Of a stretch of DNA of 18,612 nt, positions 1-8,921 are shown piece by piece (the first letter of the stretch is position 1; each line of letters starts with the position of its first letter). The stretch lies in the NCBI GenBank assembly GCA_030589605.1, contig JAUUVJ010000012.1, forward strand, positions 1 to 18,612. Direction: 5' to 3'. The DNA is from Candidatus Hodarchaeota archaeon (GTDB lineage Archaea; Asgardarchaeota; Heimdallarchaeia; Hodarchaeales; Hodarchaeaceae). A model generated the notes under the pieces. It made no database searches and was not told the DNA's origin. It saw nothing but the letters and a program-made list of their open reading frames with translations. The translations under genes and the position numbers were made by a program.

Positions 1-665
1 AAATTACAGGAATAGTCGGGCCATCTGGAAGTGGGAAGACGACTTTTTTACGACTAGTGAACAAACTCATTTCCCCTACTCAAGGCGAGATTAGTTTAAA
101 CATAAATTATCATTATTCCACTTTGTCATCACGTGGATTGCGTAGAAAAATTGGCTTTCTACAACAACTCCCCTCTCTTTTTCCAGGAACAATTAAAGAT
201 AACATTGAATATGGTCCACAACTTCAGAATATTGATATTTCAGTTCAAGAAATTAATGAACTATTAACAAAAGTAGACTTGGATCCACAGATTTATTTAA
301 ACCGTAAGACATCAGAATTATCAGGAGGAGAGCAACAACGAGTGTGTTTAGCAAGAACTTTAGCAAATAATCCCTATGTACTATTATTGGATGAACCCAC
401 TTCATCATTGGATATTGTTTCTGAGAGTATTGTAGAAGAGACACTCCTTAAACTGGTGAATGAAGAAGGAATAAAAATCATTATCGTCACTCACAGTCTA
501 GAACAAACTAAACGACTAACAGATGAAATAATCTTCCTCAAAAATGGGACAATAGAAACACAAGCATCAACGAAAGAATTCTTTCAGACTTATTCTGAAA
601 ACCAAATAATCGATTTATTTAAAAAGGAGAAAAAAAATAATGGCAGAAATAATAAGTCAAACTGA
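1..665 (+). CDS. fetA: ABC transporter ATP-binding protein, FetA/YbbL-like (5' end cut by window edge)
   Basis: The frame is open from base 3. ITGIVGPSGSGKTTFLRLV is Walker A, LSGGEQQRVCLARTL is the ABC signature, VLLLDEPTSSLD is Walker B, and VTHS is the H-loop. TGA stop at 663-665. The track start at 57 (GTG) is therefore internal. The gene overlaps the downstream UPF0014-type permease by 26 nt, the FetAB arrangement. Confidence 0.9.
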   Translation, partial: ITGIVGPSGSGKTTFLRLVNKLISPTQGEISLNINYHYSTLSSRGLRRKIGFLQQLPSLFPGTIKDNIEYGPQLQNIDISVQEINELLTKVDLDPQIYLNRKTSELSGGEQQRVCLARTLANNPYVLLLDEPTSSLDIVSESIVEETLLKLVNEEGIKIIIVTHSLEQTKRLTDEIIFLKNGTIETQASTKEFFQTYSENQIIDLFKKEKKNNGRNNKSN

Positions 666-1437
666 ACTGTGGGAAACACTTATTCGGATTTTTCTTTCGG
701 GAATATTACTTCTAGTTATCCTCATAATATCATTCTGGCAACAACTACAGATGAGTAAAACGATAATTGTAAATTATATACGGGGGTTAATACAGATTGT
801 TATACTTGCTTTCGTTCTTGTTTTGATTTTTAACTTAAAGAATTTAATGGTAATTTACCTTTATATGTTTGGAATGGTTATTTTTTCAGCTTTTACCGCT
901 AGACAACGGTATAAATATATTGATGTTCTGAAAATGGAGGTCATTGCTATCTCTGCAGGTGGTTTAGGAGTAATGGGGTTTGTAACAATTTTAGGTATTA
1001 TCGAGCCAACTGGGGAGTACTTGATTCCTATGGGAGGAATGGTCATTTCTAATGCTATGATCTGGACTACTATGACCTCAGAAAGGTTAACTTCAGATTT
1101 CATTAAAAATAAAAACTTGATTGAAGCATCCCTTTCTCTTGGTGCAAGTCCTAGAATGGCAATTTATATTCTTCTTCGAGATGCAATTCAGACTCCTTTT
1201 AATCCATCCATTGATCGAATAGCTGTTTTAGGCATAGTTTCAATACCAGGTTTGTTAGCAGGTATGATCATTGGAGGAAAAAACCCCATTATAGCGGCAG
1301 TTTATCAGATAATAATATTTTTAATGATCCAAGCAGCGGGTCTTATTGCAGTGGTAATTATTACCTATTTATTGATTCAGAAATTTTTCAACTCTTTAGA
1401 GCAAATAAATTATGAATTATTTACCAATAATAAGTAA
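640..1437 (+). CDS. fetB: ABC exporter permease, FetB/YbbM (UPF0014) family
   Basis: 265 aa and polytopic. The block LSLGASPRMAIYILLRDAIQTPFNPSIDRIAVLGIVSIPGLLAGMIIGGKNPIIAAVYQIIIF aligns by eye with E. coli FetB LSLGATPKQA..LIRDSIRAALIPTVDSAKTVGLVSLPGMMSGLIFAGIDPVKAIKYQIMV. Translationally coupled to the upstream ATPase. Confidence 0.9.
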   Translation: MAEIISQTELWETLIRIFLSGILLLVILIISFWQQLQMSKTIIVNYIRGLIQIVILAFVLVLIFNLKNLMVIYLYMFGMVIFSAFTARQRYKYIDVLKMEVIAISAGGLGVMGFVTILGIIEPTGEYLIPMGGMVISNAMIWTTMTSERLTSDFIKNKNLIEASLSLGASPRMAIYILLRDAIQTPFNPSIDRIAVLGIVSIPGLLAGMIIGGKNPIIAAVYQIIIFLMIQAAGLIAVVIITYLLIQKFFNSLEQINYELFTNNK

Positions 1438-1450
1438 ATTACTATACAAG

Positions 1451-3367
1451 TTACATTTTTCGAGGTAATTCAATTGAAAAAGTTGATCCTGCTCCTGTCC
1501 CTTTACTGTGAGCTGTGATTGTCCCACCATGAGCATTCATAATTCCTATCGATAAGTATAGCCCTATTCCAGTTCCTGTAACAGAGTATTTAGTTTGAAT
1601 AGAAACGAATTGTTCGAATATTCGAGAAAGATTACCAGGTGCTATTCCCGCTCCATTATCGGTGAAATTTACCCGTATAACTGTAGATGATATTTCTAGA
1701 TCTATTTTAATAAGCCTAGTAATTGGATCTGTCTGTTTTACTGCATTATTCAAGAGATTGTCGATAACCTGTAAGAGACGATCCTGGTCTCCTTTGATAA
1801 TAAGAGGGGCTTTAATTTGAGGTTCATCAAATTTAATCTGATTTTCTAGCATATTTCGATAAGGTTCTAAAGCTTCATTGAGAAAAGTACAAAAATCAAA
1901 TTCTTTTTCAGTGATTTGAAATGTACCTTGCTTAAATTGCGCAATAAGCGAAACCTGATCAGTTAGTCTTTCAAGGCGATGTACATTTTTTCTAATGATA
2001 CCTAATATTTTTGTTGCTTGTGGATCATGGCTAATATTTTGAAAATTCTTTTGTAATAAGTCAATATAACCTAAAATAACTGTTAATGGGGTTCTTAATT
2101 CATGGCTAGTCATCCATACAAAATTATCACGTCGTTCTTCTAGATCTATTTTGAGTTTTTCAGTTTTTTTACGTTCAGTGATATCTTGTACAGTACCCAT
2201 TAACTGTGTTACCTTTCCAGTGTTATCCGTAATTGCCTCTCCTTTTGCCTGTACATATTTTAACGTTCCATCATCCAAAAGTAATCGATGTTCAATATCC
2301 CAAGGGGTCCCTTCTTCTAATCCTCTTCTAATATGGAATTGATCAAATTCTCTATCTTTAGGATGGACAACTTCAAGAAATTTTTCTAGCGTTGCTTCCT
2401 CACGACTTAAACTAAAAATACGAAATAATTCATCAGAACCAGATACTTCCATTGTATTAGGGTTAAGTCTCCAAGAGCCAATTTGAGCTATTGCTTGAGC
2501 CTCTCTAAGATAGCGTTCACTATTCTGGAGTGTTTCTTCTGTTTTTTTTCGTTCTGTTATGTCTACTCCAGAATTAAGAGTTCCTACAATTTTTCTATTT
2601 TCATCATAGAGAATTGTATAATTCCAAGCAATAATCCTTTCTTCTCCGTTTCTTATTACTATAGGAACTTCATAGTATTTTACATTTTCAATTTCTCCCT
2701 GCATCAATTGATTATATACAGGTTTAATTTCTTCTCGTAACCTTTGAGGAATAAAATTATCAAACCAGTTTTTTCCAATAATATCTTTCTCCTCATATCC
2801 TAGTAGTTCAGATCCTTTTCTGTTAATAAGAGTGACTATTTGTTTGTCATCCAGTGCCATTATTATGACTGCTACGATATCTAAATATAACTGTGTTAAA
2901 TTTTTTTCCTTAAGTTGTTTTTCTTCAGCTTTTATATGTTCTGTGATGTCTAATACAATACCTCTAAAACCTACTATGTCTGTACCGTGGAGAATGGGGC
3001 TAGAATGCACGAGGATAGGAAAAGTACTTCCATCTTTTCGTAATGCTGTGTATTTATTATAGCTAAGTTTTTCTCCTTGAAATAATCCTTGGATATTCTG
3101 TTTCACTCTTTCCCTATCATTTGGAATAACAAATTGTGAGGGATTCAATCCATCATCAAGATCCTCTTGTGTATAGCCCATTGATTCAAACAGATAATGA
3201 TTAGCATAGGTGAAATTTCCCTCCAAATCGAGTTCGAACACAATTTCAGGTAGAAAATCGGCTAATTCTCTAAAGCTTTTTTCCGCTAACTCGGATCTTA
3301 TGAGACTTTTGATGCTTTCGGGAATATTACTTCGTTTAAAGATACCTTCCATTGTATTCACCCTCAA
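1451..3367 (-). CDS. Cytoplasmic sensor histidine kinase with three PAS domains
   Basis: Three PAS modules, each ending in a D(I/V)TE(H/R)(I/K)K linker (LDITEHIKAEE, VDITERKKTEE, QDITERKKTEK). HisKA H-box WMTSHELRTPLTVILGYIDLL. HATPase_c motifs NLLNNAVK, DNGAGI, GTGIGL. No TM segment. The track start at 3367 is TTG; the in-frame ATG at 3352 (MEGIFKRS) is an equally plausible start. Confidence 0.95.
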   Translation of the reverse strand: MRVNTMEGIFKRSNIPESIKSLIRSELAEKSFRELADFLPEIVFELDLEGNFTYANHYLFESMGYTQEDLDDGLNPSQFVIPNDRERVKQNIQGLFQGEKLSYNKYTALRKDGSTFPILVHSSPILHGTDIVGFRGIVLDITEHIKAEEKQLKEKNLTQLYLDIVAVIIMALDDKQIVTLINRKGSELLGYEEKDIIGKNWFDNFIPQRLREEIKPVYNQLMQGEIENVKYYEVPIVIRNGEERIIAWNYTILYDENRKIVGTLNSGVDITERKKTEETLQNSERYLREAQAIAQIGSWRLNPNTMEVSGSDELFRIFSLSREEATLEKFLEVVHPKDREFDQFHIRRGLEEGTPWDIEHRLLLDDGTLKYVQAKGEAITDNTGKVTQLMGTVQDITERKKTEKLKIDLEERRDNFVWMTSHELRTPLTVILGYIDLLQKNFQNISHDPQATKILGIIRKNVHRLERLTDQVSLIAQFKQGTFQITEKEFDFCTFLNEALEPYRNMLENQIKFDEPQIKAPLIIKGDQDRLLQVIDNLLNNAVKQTDPITRLIKIDLEISSTVIRVNFTDNGAGIAPGNLSRIFEQFVSIQTKYSVTGTGIGLYLSIGIMNAHGGTITAHSKGTGAGSTFSIELPRKM

Positions 3368-3624
3368 AAGAATATCTATCCCTTCCTATATTAGGATTCT
3401 GAAATACAATATTTTTTTAGTTCAAAAAAGCTTTATTTTGGTTCATGTTTGAATAAACAGGGTGATTAATCCAGCTATTCATACTATTTTATTATTTGAA
3501 CGATTTCTCTTTTTTTTAAAGGCAAATCAGCTAGTATCCTGGATGTATTCTAATGTAATTCGAATAAAAAAGAAAAAAGTTTTTAATAATTAATCTGCAG
3601 ATTCCCTATTCAAAATAAGATAAG

Positions 3625-4515
3625 ATGATTTGTATGGCAAAAGAAAAAAGCTTCTGTGAATGGTGTGGTGAACCTAGATCTCAAGATGACATTTTCTGTG
3701 CTAGTTGTGGTCAACAACTGAAAGGAGAAAATGCTCTTAAAGGGCTTGTAGATTTACAATTGGACAACAATCAAATTTATGGTCTGATTGTAGCAGGTTT
3801 CGTTGTTCTAAATATTATAAACTTAATATTTGCGTTTGTTTTCCTTCCCGAAGGAATGGATGATTTTCTTCTACTAATATTAGTTATACCTACGCTTGTT
3901 ACCATTATTGCATTGGGTGTTATCTATGCAGGTATCAATAAAGAAGGAAGTCGTAAATGGTTTGGTAAACAAATCAATCCTTATAAAAAGATGAAAACCT
4001 CTGAAAGAGTAACAGAGCTAATATTTGGAGTGTTCTTTAGTTTTATCTGGTTAGGAATTTTAGCCATAATCTTTTTTGATGAAACAATTCCATTATTTAC
4101 GAGAACTGATACTTTTGCAATCCTAGTAATTTTCATTCCAGCAATATTTGGAATCTTCAAAAGTGTATTCAAAGGGTTTTTTGGGAATTCACCCCAAACT
4201 CGAGGTATGCTGATTTTATCTGATTTTGTAACCATGATTGGTTTTATTCTTCTTCTATCTAACTGGTTTTTAGATATTCCAGCTTTCATAGAATGGATAG
4301 GAACGATTTTTGGTGAAGGTGTAATTAATTGGATACCAATAGAATATCCTCTCATAGAACAGTTTGTTCAATTCGGGTTATGGATTGCGGTTGTCGTACT
4401 AGCTTTTGGAATACTGAAACATCTCTTTATATCGTTAATATGGATGGATATTCGTTTGAATACTTTTAATGGAATGCTTGCCGATATAGTTCCCTTTGAG
4501 GATGTCAAAAAATAA
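3625..4515 (+). CDS. Zinc-ribbon-containing polytopic membrane protein (unknown function)
   Basis: N-terminal CEWCG-x14-CASCG zinc-ribbon motif followed by about 6-7 hydrophobic helices. Start could be ATG 3625 or ATG 3634. No family recognised. Confidence 0.7.
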   Translation: MICMAKEKSFCEWCGEPRSQDDIFCASCGQQLKGENALKGLVDLQLDNNQIYGLIVAGFVVLNIINLIFAFVFLPEGMDDFLLLILVIPTLVTIIALGVIYAGINKEGSRKWFGKQINPYKKMKTSERVTELIFGVFFSFIWLGILAIIFFDETIPLFTRTDTFAILVIFIPAIFGIFKSVFKGFFGNSPQTRGMLILSDFVTMIGFILLLSNWFLDIPAFIEWIGTIFGEGVINWIPIEYPLIEQFVQFGLWIAVVVLAFGILKHLFISLIWMDIRLNTFNGMLADIVPFEDVKK

Positions 4516-4516
4516 C

Positions 4517-4548
4517 TCCTTCCCTCTTTTCTTTTCTCTTTTTTTCTT
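4517..4548 (+). terminator. Pyrimidine/oligo-T tract after the membrane protein gene (archaeal-type terminator candidate)
   Basis: ctccttccctcttttcttttctctttttttctt directly follows the TAA at 4513-4515 and contains a T7 run at 4539-4545. Confidence 0.4.
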
Positions 4549-4563
4549 AAAACAGTCCAAGAG

Positions 4564-5064
4564 TCAGGATCGAATCAAACGAATTTCAGAAGTAATAGTT
4601 TCAGATATGTTACTTATATAACTGAGAATCTCGTTTAAGTGAGCTTTGATAAGTTCTTCATCTGTAATATAAGGACACCAGGCAAAATAAAGAGCATTTT
4701 TTGCTTTCATGGTTATGGAGGTTCTTCTTGCAGGTCCGTACAGGATGGAAGCAAGCAATCCCTCTCCATCCTTAAGAATAACATCGTTTTGTTTTAATTT
4801 TTGTTCTTGACCATTTAACTTAAGATAATTTTCTCCTCCACTGGAGACATCAAAGGTTAGATTACCTTGGATTTTGTCTAGATCATGACCAGAAGTTAAA
4901 ATACAGCTATTAAGCTCAGCAAGAAACATAACATCGACTAACGCAGAAACTTTTGGAAATCGTCTGCCATCTTTAATCGTCTTGATCTGGAACTCGATAG
5001 GATATGTTTTTTTCCATTGCTTGAAATAAGAGTCATAATTCTTAATCATACTACTCCTTTCCAC
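4564..5064 (-). CDS. B3/B4 (PheT-like tRNA-binding) domain-containing protein, C-terminal 166 codons
   Basis: FPKVSALVDVMFLAELNSCILTSGHDLDKIQGNLTFDVSSGGENYLKLNG...VILKDGEGLLASILYGPARRTSITMKAKNALYFAW matches the stand-alone B3_4 family pattern (P.in.lVD.yN..sL......G.DLDki.G.l.l..a.GgE.f..lg...vvy.D..gvl.r......R t.it..tkn.l). The track start is a GTG that lies inside the family's conserved architecture; see the upstream fragment. Confidence 0.8.
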   Translation of the reverse strand: MERSSMIKNYDSYFKQWKKTYPIEFQIKTIKDGRRFPKVSALVDVMFLAELNSCILTSGHDLDKIQGNLTFDVSSGGENYLKLNGQEQKLKQNDVILKDGEGLLASILYGPARRTSITMKAKNALYFAWCPYITDEELIKAHLNEILSYISNISETITSEIRLIRS

Positions 5065-5115
5065 TTCTCCCTCACCTTCCTTAATTTTTCTCTCTAAATC
5101 TCGATTTCTCTCTTA

Positions 5116-5220
5116 CAAAGTTTCATGAGATTTTATATTAGCAAAATCTCTGATGATTAAACTACCAAATATCGATTCAGGATATAAATTTTTCAAATCA
5201 GAGGTTAGTTGTATTTGCAT
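5116..5220 (-). pseudogene. N-terminal 35-codon fragment of the same B3/B4 gene, separated from the rest by an in-frame TAA (5115..5113)
   Basis: On the minus strand, ATG at 5220 gives MQIQLTSDLKNLYPESIFGSLIIRDFANIKSHETL, then TAA, then 16 sense codons (ERNRDLERKIKEGEGE) running directly into the GTG at 5064. All are in one frame (5220-5064=156, 5115-5064=51). Joined length would be 218 codons, typical for this family. Confidence 0.6.
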
Positions 5221-5314
5221 TTTCTAGAACCACCAAAAAACTACAGTCTAATATTGTAGTAGGGCGTTTTAGAGATTCAATTTAGGAAATTATTAACTAT
5301 TATGGAGAAAAGAT

Positions 5315-6208
5315 CTAAGTCGTTCCTTCTATCCATTTTTTCAATTCATCAGGATGATATTGCAATAATCTGGAGAAAAATCTATTAGTTTTCGAATGTG
5401 AATCAGATGAAATATCTAATTTATCCAATGGAGTGTTAAACTTGCGTTTAATTATTTCAAAGAAGTACTTTTCTTGAATTAACATTTCAGTTTTAATAGC
5501 AGACATGATCTGTTTACTGATTTTATGAGCCGTTGAATAAAAAGAAGAGTCTGAATCACTCCATCCTTCTTTACGTGTGAATTTAGTGAAAGAAAGAGGT
5601 TTACAAAAGGAAATTGACATGAATGATTTGAATTTTGGGATAATTTTACCATGAGCGAGTGCTTCAAGAGAGCCATGGATATACATAGGCACTACAGGTA
5701 TCTTGCCATTGAATCTCAAAATTAATCGTCCCACTCCTGATTTAGTTTCTTGAATAAAGTTATGGTAATCATGGAAAGGATTACTGGGGATTCTTTTACC
5801 TTGAGGAGCCATAAGGACAGCAATATTTTCTTTGAGTAATCTAGCCGCGTAATCGAGAGCAGGAGCAGGATTTTGAGGATAGACTGGGAAGGCTCCCACA
5901 TACTTGACAAGGCCAAAGAGTCCTTGTTGCATTGCTTTTCCACTAGCCATTAATCCACACATAGTTCGATTTCCAAAGGGATAAACTATGGCACTAGCAA
6001 AAAGAAAAGAATCTAAATGAGATCGGTGATTAAAGCAATAAATAACAGGAATACCTTCAGGAAGCCTTTCAATGTGTTCTATACCATTAACTTCAAATTG
6101 AAAATATGTACGTATAATACGAGGGATAATTAACTTAGCAAACTGGTAGAATGACTTGCGAAGAAAAGACCAAGACAACAGGGTGTCTTTTGGAGGAGAA
6201 AGAACCAT
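5315..6208 (-). CDS. 1-acyl-sn-glycerol-3-phosphate acyltransferase family (PlsC/LPLAT) protein
   Basis: Acyltransferase motif I NHRSHLDSF (H-x4-D), motif III-like MAPQGKR, and motif IV-like IPVVPMYIHG. N-terminal hydrophobic segment and a ~100-aa C-terminal extension. Confidence 0.85.
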   Translation of the reverse strand: MVLSPPKDTLLSWSFLRKSFYQFAKLIIPRIIRTYFQFEVNGIEHIERLPEGIPVIYCFNHRSHLDSFLFASAIVYPFGNRTMCGLMASGKAMQQGLFGLVKYVGAFPVYPQNPAPALDYAARLLKENIAVLMAPQGKRIPSNPFHDYHNFIQETKSGVGRLILRFNGKIPVVPMYIHGSLEALAHGKIIPKFKSFMSISFCKPLSFTKFTRKEGWSDSDSSFYSTAHKISKQIMSAIKTEMLIQEKYFFEIIKRKFNTPLDKLDISSDSHSKTNRFFSRLLQYHPDELKKWIEGTT

Positions 6209-6594
6209 TTTGAGTACCTATTAACTTGTTGGTCCCCTTATTTGATTAAACAAATTTCGATTATAACAAATATGTCTATCAACTTTCTTAATTTAAGATT
6301 GTTTCGACTTTTTCTTGAGTGCTTCTATCATTGATATTTCAATTATTGCTAGAATAATTTGGATTTAGGTCTAAATCGAATCCCTTCAAATCATTTTGCA
6401 ATAGTGAACTACCCTGTCCTAAAGAACATGGCTTTCTACGAGTTCACTGAACCTAGCAACAATTTCCTACGAAAATACCAATCAAGGTAGCTTTCAAGAT
6501 ATAAATATGAAAAATGTGGGATAACTTTATTTATATGAATGTTCAAGGTATTCTCATCTTTAGCGAGAGTTATGTTAAAAATAGTGTTTTGTAG

Positions 6595-8655
6595 ATGAAA
6601 CAAATCATTAGAATAGTATCAACCTTAGGATTCCTCCTTATATTCAGTACAATTGTATTTTTCCCTCGATTGGATATCGTTATAGGTGAACCATTACTTA
6701 ATAATCCACAAAAATATATTTTTGAAACTTCAAGTGCACATCCAGCTTCAATTGATCCCGCAATTAATTATGTATCCTTTGGATCAGGGATAAATGAACT
6801 CATCTATGAAACGCTTGTTGATTATGTAGGCAATTCAGCTAATGAGTTAGAAGGAAAACTAGCAACTGATTGGATCATCTCTTCCGATGGTTTACAATAT
6901 ACCTTTAATCTAAGAAAAGATGTTACTTTTCATGATGGTACCCCTTTTAACGCATATATCATGAAGTATTCACTGGACAGGGTTGTAATTCTAAATGATC
7001 CCGGGGGACCTGCTTGGATGATCCAACATGTAGTTATTGGGGGTAACGAGATCAAATCATTGGAAGATGCCAATATTAGTGATGCCATTACATTCATCCA
7101 AGGAGAGGCTTTCAAGGTTATTGACGATTACACCTTCCAAATTAACTTAGAACGGCCGTATACTCCATTCATATATGTTCTAGCTAATCGAATGGGAGTA
7201 GCAGTCTCACCAAGAGCAATAGCAAAGAATAAGCCTTTTTATTATACAACTGATCAATATGATGACTTTTATGGCATGGTGTCATTACGTGATTGGTTTC
7301 CCGACCTTACAGATCAGGAAATTTGTACTAAACTGGGTCTAGAATCGAATTGGGATGTAGATATCTCAGGAGTCGTTCCCAGCTCCGCTGGAGATGAAAT
7401 GAATCGACATGAATGGATGAGTGTCCATGGCGTTGGTACTGGACCATATCAACTCATTGAGCCCTCACATTTTGAAAAGAACAGGGTTTGGTGGGGGTCA
7501 TTTGCACAATATTCCCCTGATGAGATTTTCATCGAAATTGTTGATGAACCCCAATTACAAATTTACGATATTAAAGATGGTAAGGTAGATGAGGCTGTAA
7601 TTCCCGTGTATCAGGCGTCTGAAATTGTGGATGTTGATGAATTTCCACTGAGTAGAGAACTTGAAGTTTTATCAACATTTGAAGGAATTCAGGCTTTTAG
7701 CACTCGTACTTTTAATCTAATATTTTTCGGTATGAATATGAATGACAATCTTTCACCCTATATCAATGAAGACCCCAACACAGAATATGTTGCCGATAAT
7801 TTTAACCGCTATAGCTGGGGTACAGAGAAGGCTAGCTCCAATAACCCCTTCACTGCGCTACGCTTTCGGAAAGCTTTTGTAATGTCATTTGACTCTGAAA
7901 GTATAATTCATTCTACACTCAATGGCTTTGCTGAACCGATGGAAGGCTGCATTCCAAATGGAATGCTGGGTCATCATGGAAGGTTAATCGAAGAAGGATT
8001 TATTCCAACATATAATCCCGCTGCTGCCATGGAACTCTTCAAAGAAGTAAAATGGAATGGATCAATTATTTTATCCTTTTGGGAAGAATTTAGGTTTCGT
8101 AAACAAGCACTAGAACTACTAAAGGATACAATTAATAATATGGACATTGGAATCGAGATAGTTCTCCAATCCCTTGATTGGCCTGATTATCGCGATCGCC
8201 GGTATAATCAATTATTAGTTCTCGATGGCGCTGGCTGGGTACCAGATTATGCAGATCCAGACAGTAATATTAGAGGTTTCTTACATAGTCAGGATGGCTA
8301 TTTTGGTCCACGAATCAATTATATTAATCCATCACTAGATGCTTTAATAGAACAAGCAGCAGAGGAAACAAGTTACACGAAGCGGGAAGAAAAATACTGG
8401 GAAATCGAATTAATGGTGGGTGAAGACGTTCCATTCATTTATGGATCTCAGGTACACCGTTTTACTGTTATACGTGATTGGATTCATGATTACGAAGAAT
8501 CGGGATCATTCAATCCAATGTCGTTTATGGTTAATGCGGAACATATCAATAAATATGAGGAACAGACGATAGTAATAACTCCAGGGTTTGATATAGGCAT
8601 CGTAATCGCAATTGTATTTATCTTTTCTTTGATTCAACGAAGAAAGAAACAATGA
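6595..8655 (+). CDS. ABC transporter substrate-binding protein, family 5 (peptide/nickel/oligosaccharide type), with N-terminal signal anchor and PGF-CTERM-like C-terminal anchor
   Basis: ETLVDYVGNSANELEGKLATDWIISSDGLQYTFNLRKDVTFHDGTPFNA is the classic SBP_bac_5 N-lobe signature. N-terminus MKQIIRIVSTLGFLLIFSTIVFF is hydrophobic. The C-terminus ITPGFDIGIVIAIVFIFSLIQRRKKQ is PGF + TM helix + basic tail. No permease or ATPase genes are adjacent. Confidence 0.9.
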   Translation: MKQIIRIVSTLGFLLIFSTIVFFPRLDIVIGEPLLNNPQKYIFETSSAHPASIDPAINYVSFGSGINELIYETLVDYVGNSANELEGKLATDWIISSDGLQYTFNLRKDVTFHDGTPFNAYIMKYSLDRVVILNDPGGPAWMIQHVVIGGNEIKSLEDANISDAITFIQGEAFKVIDDYTFQINLERPYTPFIYVLANRMGVAVSPRAIAKNKPFYYTTDQYDDFYGMVSLRDWFPDLTDQEICTKLGLESNWDVDISGVVPSSAGDEMNRHEWMSVHGVGTGPYQLIEPSHFEKNRVWWGSFAQYSPDEIFIEIVDEPQLQIYDIKDGKVDEAVIPVYQASEIVDVDEFPLSRELEVLSTFEGIQAFSTRTFNLIFFGMNMNDNLSPYINEDPNTEYVADNFNRYSWGTEKASSNNPFTALRFRKAFVMSFDSESIIHSTLNGFAEPMEGCIPNGMLGHHGRLIEEGFIPTYNPAAAMELFKEVKWNGSIILSFWEEFRFRKQALELLKDTINNMDIGIEIVLQSLDWPDYRDRRYNQLLVLDGAGWVPDYADPDSNIRGFLHSQDGYFGPRINYINPSLDALIEQAAEETSYTKREEKYWEIELMVGEDVPFIYGSQVHRFTVIRDWIHDYEESGSFNPMSFMVNAEHINKYEEQTIVITPGFDIGIVIAIVFIFSLIQRRKKQ

Positions 8656-8921
8656 TATTATCACTTAATATCGTGATTTTCCTCCCCCCCATAAGAAAAA
8701 CATATAGATAAGCCAAGAACTAATAAAAATAGATTGAAGGCCTCGGAACTAGGGTTTCAGTTTAATTTTGCTTCTTTATCTATTCTGATTTTACTTTATA
8801 CAATAAAGGTGATTGATGAAAAAGCGTTTATTGCTTTAACTGGGCCAATAATCGCGGTAGGAATCATTCTCTATTATTTTGGTTATTACAGTTTTGGGCG
8901 GAACTGATAAAGGGAAATTTT

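Noticed and set aside
253-1103. Track ORFs 253..444(-) and 861..1103(-), antisense to the ABC ATPase and permease genes
   Set aside because: They lie entirely inside well-supported genes on the opposite strand, have low-complexity or odd composition and carry no motifs. They are typical shadow ORFs.
2151-3452. Track ORFs 2151..2342, 2483..2740, 2832..3062 and 3210..3452 on the + strand
   Set aside because: All are antisense to the 638-aa histidine kinase. Their Ser/Phe/Cys/Ile-rich sequences are typical of reverse-frame translation of an AT-rich gene.
6403-6448. 8-bp inverted repeat agtgaact / agttcact with 30-nt spacer in the 385-bp intergenic region upstream of the SBP gene
   Set aside because: It is short, has a large loop and shows no flanking conservation that I can assess. 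Matches of this size are expected by chance in a region of this length.
3981-7115. Track ORFs 3981..4355(-), 5479..5676(-), 5722..5943(-) and 6930..7115(-)
   Set aside because: Each overlaps a motif-supported gene, either antisense or in an alternative frame of the same strand. None has an independent signal.
8684-8690. C7 homopolymer, conspicuous in an AT-rich spacer after the SBP gene
   Set aside because: It is an isolated homopolymer with no paired element or repeat. It is most likely incidental, or at most a sequencing-error-prone site.
8809-8907. 33-codon GTG-initiated hydrophobic mini-ORF (VIDEKAFIALTGPIIAVGIILYYFGYYSFGRN) upstream of the XRE pseudogene
   Set aside because: It is too short to support from sequence alone and has no clear ribosome-binding site. 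It is mentioned only as context for the XRE locus.
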